Positions 16,923 to 25,512 of a DNA stretch of 25,582 nt are shown here, in pieces. The translations under genes were made by a program, and so were the position numbers. Below the pieces are notes generated by a model. That model was given only the letters and a program-made list of their open reading frames with translations. It was not told the DNA's origin and searched no databases. How positions within the stretch are numbered: position 1 is the stretch's first letter; every line of letters starts with the position of its first letter. The stretch comes from an uncultured Candidatus Saccharibacteria bacterium (GTDB lineage: Bacteria; Patescibacteriota; Saccharimonadia; Saccharimonadales; CAIOMD01). The stretch lies in the NCBI GenBank assembly GCA_964489075.1, contig CAZAXJ010000001.1, forward strand, positions 1 through 25,582, written 5' to 3'.

Positions 16923-17825
16923 ATGAAAATAGCTATTCTTTCTAACGGCCCGGGCAACTATTCAACAAAACGACTGGCTGAAGAAGCGACTAGTCGCGGA
17001 CATGAAGTTAGTGTTATTAATTATGCAAAATGCTACATAACTGCAGAAAGTGCAAAACCTCGCGTTCGTTATGAGGGCAAAGATATTTCAAATTTCGATG
17101 CAATTATTCCCAGAATAGCCAACAGCTATACCAAATATGGTTCTTCAATTGTTAGGCAATTTGAAATGATGGGTGTCTATACGACGACTAAATCCATCGC
17201 TCTAGTTCGCTCAAGAGACAAGCTTCGTTCGATGCAAATTATGGCAAGATATGGTGTGGGAATACCAAATACAGTTTTCAGTAGGGAAACTGCGGAGATT
17301 GATGATGTACTAGAGCAAGTCGGCGGAACCCCTGTAATTATAAAAGTAGCTCGCGGAACACATGGTAACGGTGTCGTACTAGCCGAAACAAAAAAAGCGG
17401 CAAAAGCGGTAATGCAAGCATTTTATGTCGAAGGTGTTAATTTTTTGGTTCAAGAGTTTGTAGCTGAAAGTGCTGGTACCGATATTCGTGCTTTCGTTGT
17501 TGGTAATCGCGTTGTAGCAAGTATGCAAAGACAAAGTCTCGATGACGATTTTCGCTCAAACTTACATCAAGGTGGAAAAGGAACGATAGTTAAACTTACC
17601 GATATCGAAAAGAAAACCGCTCTTAAAGCGGCAAAAGCGATGGGTTTGCAAATATGCGGTGTAGATATGATGAGAAGTGATAGGGGTCCACTGGTTTTAG
17701 AAGTTAATGCGAGCCCAGGTTTTAGCATAGAAAAAGTAACTAATCGGAATGTAGCTGCAAAAATAATTGAATATATAGAACAAAATGCAAAACAAAGAAA
17801 CCGCAAAGATCGCGTTGGCGCGTAG
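16923..17825 (+). CDS. rimK: RimK family ATP-grasp alpha-L-glutamate ligase
   Basis: DAIIPRI, SRDKLRSMQ, PVIIKVARGTHGNGVVLAE, LVQEFV, DIRAFVVG, FRSNLHQGG, GVDMM, LEVNASPG; AAGGA SD. Confidence 0.95.
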   Translation: MKIAILSNGPGNYSTKRLAEEATSRGHEVSVINYAKCYITAESAKPRVRYEGKDISNFDAIIPRIANSYTKYGSSIVRQFEMMGVYTTTKSIALVRSRDKLRSMQIMARYGVGIPNTVFSRETAEIDDVLEQVGGTPVIIKVARGTHGNGVVLAETKKAAKAVMQAFYVEGVNFLVQEFVAESAGTDIRAFVVGNRVVASMQRQSLDDDFRSNLHQGGKGTIVKLTDIEKKTALKAAKAMGLQICGVDMMRSDRGPLVLEVNASPGFSIEKVTNRNVAAKIIEYIEQNAKQRNRKDRVGA

Positions 17826-18273
17826 CAAAGAAGGATTAATAGTTCAGCTATCTATAGTTGCTATAATAGTTATTTTTTTAAGTATTGTTGTACTTTGGCT
17901 TTATAGTATTTTGCAAGAAAATCCCAAAACAATAACCGTTGGTAAAGAATCGTTTACTGTTGAAGTTGCGGATACTGAAGCTGAACGCGAAAAAGGATTG
18001 GGGGAACGTGATGGTTTGGGGCAAAATACTGGTATGCTTTTTGATTTTAAAGAAAACAAAAAATGGAAAATTTGGATGCTCAACATGAGATTCCCTATAG
18101 ATATTATTTGGTTGGATGCAAATGGAAAAATTGTACATATAAAAAAGAATGCAACACCAGACAGCTTTCCCAATGTTTTTATTCCTGAAACCCCAGCAAC
18201 TTATGTTGTTGAACTCAATTCTGGCGCAATAGACAAAACAGGAGTTAAATTAGGCGATTCAGTTCGCCTTTAA
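17785..18273 (+). CDS. DUF192 family protein with N-terminal membrane anchor
   Basis: EVADTEAEREKGL, GMLFDF, WMLNMRFPIDIIWLD, YVVELNSG. The start is uncertain (41 nt overlap with rimK). Confidence 0.88.
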   Translation: MQNKETAKIALARSKEGLIVQLSIVAIIVIFLSIVVLWLYSILQENPKTITVGKESFTVEVADTEAEREKGLGERDGLGQNTGMLFDFKENKKWKIWMLNMRFPIDIIWLDANGKIVHIKKNATPDSFPNVFIPETPATYVVELNSGAIDKTGVKLGDSVRL

Positions 18274-18291
18274 AGATGTTATGCTTATCAT

Positions 18292-18789
18292 ATGAATCCG
18301 ACCCTAATTTTACTGATATCCTGCGGAGTCGTTTTTGCTTTTTTACCACTTCTTTTTCGATCTAATGCGGTAGCAATATTTCTCACACTTTGTGCAGGAT
18401 CAATTGTAAGCAAGCTTGTGGCCCAAGATGCCACACAGATTGTAAATTCAATAGTAAACTTTAACGTACCTATGCTTAGTATAGTGCAGATATTTCTTAT
18501 TGTGATTGCTCCGGTTGTTTTACTGCTAGGTTTACGTAAAAGTATTACAACACCGGGGATAATTTGGCAATTAATACCGGCTTTAGCCGCAGCAGTACTT
18601 GCGGTAATGTTTATTTCCGCAAGTTTGCCTTACGAAATACAAAAACAAGTTGAGGAAAGCCAGATGTACGGACTTGTTAAGCCATATTTTGGGTTAGCCG
18701 CAGCAGCTGGTTTATTGGCAAGTGTGCTACATTTATGGGCTCATAAGCCAAAACATCTCGGCAAACACAGTAAAAAACACAAAAAATAA
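18292..18789 (+). CDS. hypothetical membrane protein (4-5 TM) with a His/Lys-rich C-terminal tail
   Basis: 165 aa hydrophobic ORF ending HKPKHLGKHSKKHKK; TGTTATGCT -10 box 6 nt before the ATG. Confidence 0.75.
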   Translation: MNPTLILLISCGVVFAFLPLLFRSNAVAIFLTLCAGSIVSKLVAQDATQIVNSIVNFNVPMLSIVQIFLIVIAPVVLLLGLRKSITTPGIIWQLIPALAAAVLAVMFISASLPYEIQKQVEESQMYGLVKPYFGLAAAAGLLASVLHLWAHKPKHLGKHSKKHKK

Positions 18790-18817
18790 ACATTGTAGCT
18801 TAGTGTGGTGTTTATTT
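18784..18817 (+). terminator. possible terminator-like hairpin between convergent units
   Basis: AAATAAACA (18784-92) / TGTTTATTT (18809-17), extended by GU pairs on the + strand. AT-rich, with no clear U-tail. Confidence 0.3.
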
Positions 18818-18893
18818 GGAGGGTCCAGTGGGGCTCGAACCCACGACACCCTGCTTAAAAGGCAGGTGCTCTAACCGGCTGAGCTATGGACCC
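18817..18893 (-). tRNA. tRNA-Lys (anticodon TTT)
   Basis: GGGTCCA TA GCTC..GAGC, CCTGC-CTTTTAA-GCAGG, GTGGG-TTCGAGC-CCCAC, TGGACCC-T-CCA; 77 nt with encoded CCA. Confidence 0.95.
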
Positions 18894-18917
18894 AAGTAGA
18901 GTTTTATTATTTACCGT

Positions 18918-18993
18918 TATCCGCACTCTAAGGCTAGAGCACAGGTGCCGATTAATAATTTTGTAGTTCCTGCGTCGGTTGAACTATGGACTA
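18918..18993 (-). pseudogene. possible eroded tRNA-like relic upstream of tRNA-Lys
   Basis: Its 5' part TAGTCCATAGTTCAACCG resembles the tRNA-Lys 5' end GGGTCCATAGCTCAGCCG. It has a D-arm-like GTTC/GAAC stem and a 3' hairpin GTGCTCTA/TAGAGTGC, but no anticodon arm. Confidence 0.3.
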
Positions 18994-19015
18994 AAGAATT
19001 AAAAATTCAAATGTT

Positions 19016-19044
19016 ATTTTGCCTGAAAACCGCTTAAAAGTCAA
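19016..19044 (-). promoter_or_regulatory. putative sigma70 promoter for the tRNA-Lys transcript
   Basis: Minus-strand TTGACT (19044-39), 17 nt spacer, CAAAAT (19021-16). Confidence 0.45.
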
Positions 19045-19087
19045 TTGTTACAACATCTTAAAATTAGTGTTAAAATTATAAATTCTG

Positions 19088-20515
19088 ATGCAAAAAACAA
19101 AAATTCGCCGAACGACTCTGATTGTACTTTTTTTAATTTCGCTAATCTGCGGTTTATTTATTTCTAAATTTACAATGCCACTTTCAATATCGTGGTTGAT
19201 TATATGCTTAATATTTTTGCTGTTGCTCGCTAGAAAATCGATTATTTTTATATTTGCAATCATTGTTATTGGCTTACTAATTGGATGGTGGAGGGGTGGA
19301 ATCCTGCAAACACAAATGCAAGCATATAATAAAAACTTTTATGAAAAAGTAGTCGTTACAGGCTTAGCTACAGAAGATGGTGTTTATGGCAATAAAGGCC
19401 AGCTGGAGTTTAGTATTGAAAATGTAGTACTAAATGGCAAACCAGCTCCAGGTAAAATAAAAATTAGTGGCTATACACCAAGCATAAATCGCCATGATTA
19501 TATCGAAGCTACAGGAAAGCTTTACCCAACACTGGGTGGTAAACAAGCTGCAGTTTATTATGCAGATATCGATGTACTTGCAACAGCGAACAGCCCTATA
19601 GAAATATTTCGCAAAAAATTTGTTGTAGGCATGGAAAATGCTCTACCAGAACCTGCCGCAAGCTTCGGCATCGGATTATTAGTTGGGCAGCGTAGCTTAT
19701 TACCAGATGATGTATCTTTGGTGCTAACTATTGCTGGGCTTACTCATATAGTTGCAGTTTCTGGTTATAACTTAACTATAATCATTCGAGCTGTTACGAA
19801 AATTATGAGTAAATTTTCGAGATTCCAAATTTTTATAACGGCCATAACGTTAATTTATATTTTTATTTTAGTTACTGGGTTTTCGCCTTCAATTGTTCGG
19901 GCTGCTTTTGTCGCAGGCATCGGGCTCTTAGCTTGGTATTTTGGGCGTACAATTCGCCCTATTTTATTAATCATATTAGTTGCTGCAATAACTGGTTTTA
20001 TTAATCCGTTATATGTATGGGGGGATATTGGGTGGTACTTGTCGTTTCTAGCTTTTTTTGGCGTTTTGATTTTAGCGCCACTTTGTCTAAAAGTATTTAC
20101 CAAAAAGGACCCAAAAGAAATAGGGCTACTACCCTCAATTGTCGTAGAAAGTTTTGCCGCGCAAATTATGACGCTACCTTTAATTATGTTTATATTTGCA
20201 CGGTTTTCGATTGTTGGCTTTTTGGCAAATATCATTGTCGTGCCAATGGTACCATTTGCAATGCTGTTTTCGTTGTTTGCAGGTTTGGCTGGAATGATTG
20301 TCCCATCAGTTTCTGGATGGATTGCATTACCCGCAAGACTATTGCTTAATTTAATGTTATGGATTGCGGACCTTTTTGCAAATATCCCACATGCAAACTT
20401 AGTAATAAGTATTAGTGCTATTGGCATGGCTTTGATGTATGGTGCTATAGTCGCTTTTATTAGTGGCCTAAGTAGGAAAGCTCAATCTGTTACAATAGTA
20501 GAAAGTAGTAAGTGA
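19088..20515 (+). CDS. comEC: ComEC/Rec2 DNA-uptake channel (OB/DUF4131 plus Competence domain, no metallo-beta-lactamase domain)
   Basis: GLLVGQR, AGLTHIVAVSGYN, TGFSPSIVRAA, INPLYV.GDIGWYLSF, QIMTLPL, LANIIVVP. Confidence 0.92.
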   Translation: MQKTKIRRTTLIVLFLISLICGLFISKFTMPLSISWLIICLIFLLLLARKSIIFIFAIIVIGLLIGWWRGGILQTQMQAYNKNFYEKVVVTGLATEDGVYGNKGQLEFSIENVVLNGKPAPGKIKISGYTPSINRHDYIEATGKLYPTLGGKQAAVYYADIDVLATANSPIEIFRKKFVVGMENALPEPAASFGIGLLVGQRSLLPDDVSLVLTIAGLTHIVAVSGYNLTIIIRAVTKIMSKFSRFQIFITAITLIYIFILVTGFSPSIVRAAFVAGIGLLAWYFGRTIRPILLIILVAAITGFINPLYVWGDIGWYLSFLAFFGVLILAPLCLKVFTKKDPKEIGLLPSIVVESFAAQIMTLPLIMFIFARFSIVGFLANIIVVPMVPFAMLFSLFAGLAGMIVPSVSGWIALPARLLLNLMLWIADLFANIPHANLVISISAIGMALMYGAIVAFISGLSRKAQSVTIVESSK

Positions 20516-20533
20516 TAGTAAAGAAGGATTTTT

Positions 20534-21259
20534 ATGTCTGGACACTCTAAGTGGGCGACAATTAAAAGAGCAAAAGGTGCCAATGATGCAAAAAGAGGCG
20601 CACTTTTCACACGGTTAGGTAACCAAATAGCAGTTGCAGCACGTGCTGGGGCTGACCCTACTATGAACCCTAGCTTAGCTATGGTTATTGACAAAGCAAA
20701 AGCTGCAAATATGCCTATGAGTAATATTGACAGGGCAATAGCGCGTGTAGCTGACAAAAATGCAGCCGCGCTTACTGAAATTACCTACGAGGGATATGGT
20801 CCTGGTGGCGTTGGAATATTAGTTGAGTGTGCTACAGATAATTTAAATCGTACATATCCAGAAGTTCGCCACGCGTTTACCAAACATGGTGGTAATATTG
20901 CCGAACCAGGTGCAGTCGCATTTCAATTTAGCAGAAAAGGTTCAATCAGAGTAAAGGGCAGCGGCGATGACCTAATGCTCGCAGCCCTTGACGCCGGAGC
21001 GGAAGACGTGCAAGAAGCTGGCGAAGAGTCTGTAATCTACACAAATCCCAAAGAGCTGGCAAAAGTCAGAGATGCGTTAAAGTCAGGAGGAGTAGAAGTT
21101 CTTGAAGCTGAGCTTACCTATGTTCCAAATAACACGATTGAAATAACTGACGGCTCAACAGCGGGTAAAATTGATAGGTTAATGGATGCGCTAGATGAGC
21201 TTCAGGATGTAACCTCAACTCATACTAATTTTGATATTGCCGATGGCGTAGAGGTTTAG
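20534..21259 (+). CDS. yebC: YebC/PmpR family protein
   Basis: MSGHSKWATIKRAKG, YEGYGPGGVG, TDNLNRT, FSRKG; AAGGA SD. Confidence 0.97.
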   Translation: MSGHSKWATIKRAKGANDAKRGALFTRLGNQIAVAARAGADPTMNPSLAMVIDKAKAANMPMSNIDRAIARVADKNAAALTEITYEGYGPGGVGILVECATDNLNRTYPEVRHAFTKHGGNIAEPGAVAFQFSRKGSIRVKGSGDDLMLAALDAGAEDVQEAGEESVIYTNPKELAKVRDALKSGGVEVLEAELTYVPNNTIEITDGSTAGKIDRLMDALDELQDVTSTHTNFDIADGVEV

Positions 21260-21260
21260 G

Positions 21261-21746
21261 GTGCGTGTTCTTGGTATTGATCCGGGGACGGGAATAGTCG
21301 GTTTTGGAGTTATTGAGTCTGATGGGCGTAAGCATCGACTTATTGATGCCGGTGTTATTAGAACGCCAGCTAATCAAAACTTAGAGTTTAGACTTAAAAC
21401 AATTCATGACAGCGTTGCTGAAGTCATTACTACCAATAAACCAGAGATTATGGTTGTTGAAAAATTATTTTTCGCAAAAAATGTAACGACTGCTATTTCA
21501 GTTAGCCATGCGCGTGGGGTAATAATGCTTGCAGGTGTCGAGGCTGGGCTGAATATATCTGAATTTACTCCGCTACAAATAAAACAAGCTTTAACGGGTT
21601 ACGGTAGAGCCGAAAAAACTCAAATTCAAGAAATGGTAAAGGTTTTACTTGGTTTAAGCACGCCGCTAAAACAAGATGATTGCGCCGATGCATTGGCCGC
21701 AGCACTAACCTACGCAACAACACCTTTGCTATACTCTAAACAATGA
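21261..21746 (+). CDS. ruvC: Holliday junction resolvase RuvC
   Basis: VLGIDPG, VVEKLFFAKN, HARGV, TGYGRAEK, DDCADALAAA. Confidence 0.97.
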   Translation: MRVLGIDPGTGIVGFGVIESDGRKHRLIDAGVIRTPANQNLEFRLKTIHDSVAEVITTNKPEIMVVEKLFFAKNVTTAISVSHARGVIMLAGVEAGLNISEFTPLQIKQALTGYGRAEKTQIQEMVKVLLGLSTPLKQDDCADALAAALTYATTPLLYSKQ

Positions 21747-22324
21747 TTGCATCACTTACAGGTACAACAGCCGAGTTTATTGATGACCAAATTGTTTTAG
21801 ATGTAAACGGTGTTGGCTATGGAATTTTTGTTACATACGAAGACATGAGTTTGTTGAGTATTGGTAAGCAAGCGAAAATTTATATCTACGAAAACATAAA
21901 AGAACAAAACTATGATTTATTTGGTTTTTTAAAAATAGAGACAAAACGATTGTTCGAGTTGCTTTTAAGTGTTAATGGGGTTGGCCCTAAAATGGCCTTG
22001 TCGCTTTTAAGTGTTGGTAGCGTAGACGGTGTCCGTTTAGCTATTGCAGAAGGAAACGTTAAGTATTTACAAGCCGCAAATGGTGTCGGGAAAAAAGTTG
22101 CAGAACGGGTAGTCGTAGATCTAAAGGATAAAGTCGGGCTTGAAACAAATGAAAATGCTACATCGTTTTTAAGCATACCGTCAGTTAATGGTGATGATGC
22201 ACATGCAGCTCTACTATCACTTGGCTATAATACACAGCAGGCAAGTGAACTCCTTAAAGAAATAGATAGCAAATTACCTACAGAAGAACGAATTAATGCG
22301 GCCTTGCGAGGAGTGAAAAAATGA
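21743..22324 (+). CDS. ruvA: Holliday junction branch migration protein RuvA
   Basis: [51 protein letters not shown]. Confidence 0.96.
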   Translation: MIASLTGTTAEFIDDQIVLDVNGVGYGIFVTYEDMSLLSIGKQAKIYIYENIKEQNYDLFGFLKIETKRLFELLLSVNGVGPKMALSLLSVGSVDGVRLAIAEGNVKYLQAANGVGKKVAERVVVDLKDKVGLETNENATSFLSIPSVNGDDAHAALLSLGYNTQQASELLKEIDSKLPTEERINAALRGVKK

Positions 22325-23349
22325 TTGAAAGACTTGTTGACCCCACGCATGAGGAAATTGGCGATGATCAGCAAATTGAAATAACACTTAGACCGAAAGA
22401 CTTTGTTAGTTATATAGGGCAAGATCGATTAAAAAAGAATCTAGAACTCGCAATTGCAGCTGCAAAAAAACGTGGTGAGCCGATTGATCATGTACTTTTA
22501 TATGGCCCCCCGGGCCTAGGTAAGACTACTATGGCTAGCGTTATTGCGAACGAAATGGGCGCACAAATCAGAATTACAAGTGGCCCAGCTATTGAGCGAG
22601 CGGGTGATCTAGCTAGCTTACTTACCAACTTGCAAGATGGCGACATTTTATTTATAGACGAAATCCATAGACTTAATCGTAATGTTGAGGAAGTTTTATA
22701 CAGTGCAATGGAAGATTTTAAATTAGACATTATGTTAGGGAAAGGTCCGAGTGCTAGAAGCTTAAGGTTAGATTTACCAAAATTTACAATTATAGGTGCA
22801 ACAACACGGACAGGCTCTTTGGCTGCACCATTGCGAGACAGGTTTGGGCATATTCATCGACTAGAGTTTTATAACCAAGATCAAATCGCAAAAATAATTA
22901 ATCGTTCAGCTAAGATTCTTGATATAAAAACTAAAGATGAAGCGACAAAACTTATTGCTGAGCGAGCAAGATTGACGCCAAGAATAGCTAACCGTTTATT
23001 AAAACGAGTAAGAGATTACGCTGATGTAAATGGCGATGGGATAATTGACACAAAAACTGCAAACGATGCACTTGTTTTACTTGAGATTGATAATCTTGGA
23101 CTTGATCCGGCCGACAGAATGATTTTAAACACGATTATTGATAATCATGGTGGCGGACCAGTCGGTGTTGAAACCCTAGCAGCATTAACTTCAGAAGAAA
23201 AAAGTACTATCGAAGATTTTTATGAACCTTATTTATTACAAATTGGTCTGCTCGAGCGTACACCAAGAGGGAGAAAAGTTACTTCAAAAGCATACAAACA
23301 TTTAGGGAAAAAAAGAGAAAAAGCTGCCGATCAACCTACCCTGCTATAA
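22321..23349 (+). CDS. ruvB: Holliday junction branch migration helicase RuvB
   Basis: [67 protein letters not shown]. Confidence 0.98.
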   Translation: MIERLVDPTHEEIGDDQQIEITLRPKDFVSYIGQDRLKKNLELAIAAAKKRGEPIDHVLLYGPPGLGKTTMASVIANEMGAQIRITSGPAIERAGDLASLLTNLQDGDILFIDEIHRLNRNVEEVLYSAMEDFKLDIMLGKGPSARSLRLDLPKFTIIGATTRTGSLAAPLRDRFGHIHRLEFYNQDQIAKIINRSAKILDIKTKDEATKLIAERARLTPRIANRLLKRVRDYADVNGDGIIDTKTANDALVLLEIDNLGLDPADRMILNTIIDNHGGGPVGVETLAALTSEEKSTIEDFYEPYLLQIGLLERTPRGRKVTSKAYKHLGKKREKAADQPTLL

Positions 23350-23358
23350 TGCAGATAT

Positions 23359-23946
23359 ATGGCAAAGCACGGTACAATTAGGGAACACAGCTATTTAAAA
23401 ACTATCGAGTCAATTGAACACGATGAGCGTTTTCTGTGTGTGGTTCATCAACATCCAATGGGAATCATCGGACTTTATATTCTTTCTTTAGCCGGTTTGG
23501 CGATAGCATTGATTTTAACAGCATTACTCCTACCTAGTTATTTTGGCACCACTGCCACAACATATTCTATTTTTTCAGTTATAGCAGTTTCTGTTTGTAT
23601 TTTCGTTTTCGTCGTCATGGCAGCGGCCACAGTTGTTTATCGCCAAAGCCACTTAACAGTTACGGATAAAAACGTGATACAAGTTTTACAGAAAGGTTTA
23701 TTTGCTCGAACGGTTTCACAGATATCATTATCAAATATTGAAGATGTAACAAGTGAGCAAAGAGGGTTAATAGCCAATATTTTTAACTATGGGCAAGTTA
23801 AAATAGAAACCGCAGGCGAGCAAGCTAACTTTGCATTTAGTTATTGTCCGTCTCCACACAGAGTTTCGAAAATAATTTTAGAAGCAAAGAACGACTTCTT
23901 AAGCAGAACAGGGCAAACAGGTTCGGTAAGAAACCGAATGAGCTGA
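23359..23946 (+). CDS. membrane-flanked bacterial PH domain (bPH_2/YdbS-like) protein
   Basis: 2 TM segments, then LTVTDKNVI..QKGLFARTVSQISLSNIEDVTSEQRGL..IFNYGQVKIETAG. Confidence 0.85.
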   Translation: MAKHGTIREHSYLKTIESIEHDERFLCVVHQHPMGIIGLYILSLAGLAIALILTALLLPSYFGTTATTYSIFSVIAVSVCIFVFVVMAAATVVYRQSHLTVTDKNVIQVLQKGLFARTVSQISLSNIEDVTSEQRGLIANIFNYGQVKIETAGEQANFAFSYCPSPHRVSKIILEAKNDFLSRTGQTGSVRNRMS

Positions 23947-23954
23947 TAAATTAA

Positions 23955-24248
23955 TTATTGCTCAAACGGATTAGTTCGTCCGTTATCAAAAAGAGATTCA
24001 ATACTTATATTTCGATCTTCAAGTGATTGGATAACATCTACGGCAGATTGATCGAGTTTAGTAAGGCGAAGACTGCTAATTTTTTCATCAATTTGCGAGT
24101 CGGTTGGCTCTACACTTGCAAGTTGATAAATTCTTAAAACCATAAATCCAAAAACAAGCATGATAGCTATGAAAGCCAATAACTTTACATGTTGAATCAC
24201 AAATTGCTTAGCGGGTTCGATTTTTTTAGGTATGTCTGATACGTTCAT
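23955..24248 (-). CDS. small type IV pilus operon protein (PilP-like position)
   Basis: Single TM segment, C-terminal GRTNPF motif; last gene of the pilM-N-O cluster, with 4 nt overlap. Confidence 0.55.
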   Translation of the reverse strand: MNVSDIPKKIEPAKQFVIQHVKLLAFIAIMLVFGFMVLRIYQLASVEPTDSQIDEKISSLRLTKLDQSAVDVIQSLEDRNISIESLFDNGRTNPFEQ

Positions 24249-24883
24249 GGTTTTACAAATATCCTTAGTGAAACGCTAAAATTTAATCCACCATTTTTTA
24301 CATCTGGCTGTACTGAAACTTGGGTAATTTGCATGTTTCTTCTATTGTTCTGAACTTTATTTAAGAAATTTAACATCTGGTTATAACTAATGGTCTGTCC
24401 TCGACTGGGCTCAAGCGTAAGATTAATATCAATACCTTGCACCCCCTGTATGCCATCCACCGGTTTAGCTTGTGTAACGGATGATTTTGCGGCTGAAGGA
24501 GTGGTTGCGGTATTCGTGGTACCAGCAGCCGGCTTAGCAGCTTTTACACCAAGGGTAGATGCAGGAAAACTTATGCTTACGATATCAATTCCAGTTTCAT
24601 CACCAATTTTGTAAAGTTCTTCTACAGCTCGAGCTTGATCTTTATCTTTTGGCAAAACTTTTGCAATTGTATTGCCAAGCTCTTCATATTTTACAAGGTT
24701 CTTCTTAGCCTGAATGTATAATTCCTCTTGTTTTTCGACGACTCGGTTATCAAGTTTTGCACTTAAAAGTTTATCTGAACTTTTCTTAAGAAGAGTGCTT
24801 CCAAAATAAACAGTTGCTCCTATAGCCAAAATACTAAATCCTAAAAATCCAAGCATTACATAGTAGAACTTTTTAGTTGTCAT
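24245..24883 (-). CDS. pilO: type IV pilus alignment protein PilO-like
   Basis: N-terminal TM, coiled coil, LPKDKD motif, YNQMLNFLNKVQNNRRNMQITQVSV (ferredoxin-like core); follows pilN. Confidence 0.7.
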   Translation of the reverse strand: MTTKKFYYVMLGFLGFSILAIGATVYFGSTLLKKSSDKLLSAKLDNRVVEKQEELYIQAKKNLVKYEELGNTIAKVLPKDKDQARAVEELYKIGDETGIDIVSISFPASTLGVKAAKPAAGTTNTATTPSAAKSSVTQAKPVDGIQGVQGIDINLTLEPSRGQTISYNQMLNFLNKVQNNRRNMQITQVSVQPDVKNGGLNFSVSLRIFVKP

Positions 24884-25512
24884 CTTTCAGCCTCAGTTTG
24901 TTTAACTGTGTTCAAAAATAAGAAAGGAGAATTTGATTTGAACAGAACTTTAACATTTGCTTGACATGGATATTTACTAGAAGTTTCTGACGTTGTTCCT
25001 GATGTTGCTCCAGTTTTTTGGATACACGAAATTCCTATTAAATCAGCTTTATCAAACAATTCATTTTTTGGGTCAGAAACGTTAATATATGCTTGATTTG
25101 CTGCTTCGCGCGTGGTTGCGGCAATTGTTAGATCAAGGGCGGTATCGTTATTAGTAAGAGTAAGACCTGTAAGAATAGCACCTTCAGGAATAGTGGAGCC
25201 TACTTTTTCGAATAGACCAGAAAACAGAACTTGCTTACCCAATATTTGAACTACTGTCTTAAAGTTGCTCGAAAGTGTTTCTAGTTTTTTCTGTGTTTGT
25301 TCAAGGTTTTGGTCTTTGATCCTTGCTTTTGAGATTTCTGCAGTTTTTTGGTAATTGTTTTCTGCTTTTGCAATATATATTTGGCCGAAAACCGTTACTG
25401 CTCCCAAGGCAATAATTACAATAATTAGCGCTATGATTGCTTGTAATAATTTACGGTTCTTTCTTCCGTAGGCAATTTCTTCTTTTACTGTGTCGGGCAA
25501 TAAGTTTATCAC
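24880..25512 (-). CDS. pilN: type IV pilus alignment protein PilN
   Basis: N-terminal INLLP PilM-binding motif, TM, coiled coil, IPEGAILTGL. Confidence 0.82.
   Translation of the reverse strand: MINLLPDTVKEEIAYGRKNRKLLQAIIALIIVIIALGAVTVFGQIYIAKAENNYQKTAEISKARIKDQNLEQTQKKLETLSSNFKTVVQILGKQVLFSGLFEKVGSTIPEGAILTGLTLTNNDTALDLTIAATTREAANQAYINVSDPKNELFDKADLIGISCIQKTGATSGTTSETSSKYPCQANVKVLFKSNSPFLFLNTVKQTEAER

Noticed and set aside
17785-17900. Prepilin-like KEG|LIVQL N-terminus on DUF192
   Set aside because: No Phe+1 or Glu+5, and the start codon is uncertain; a plain membrane anchor explains it.
18918-18926. DnaA-box-like TTATCCGCA
   Set aside because: A single mismatched box with no cluster and no dnaA context; not an origin.
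18790-19087. Integrative element attachment site at tRNA-Lys (also considered for tRNA-Met)
   Set aside because: No duplicated tRNA 3' end, no integrase and no foreign cargo nearby.
14921-20499. Identical 12-mer TGTTACAATAGT at 14921 and 20488
   Set aside because: Explained as two extended -10 promoter elements, not a repeat family or operator.
17567-24614. Remaining short opposite-strand or off-frame ORFs within rimK, DUF192, comEC, yebC, ruvAB and pilO
   Set aside because: Shadows of well-supported genes, with no independent evidence.
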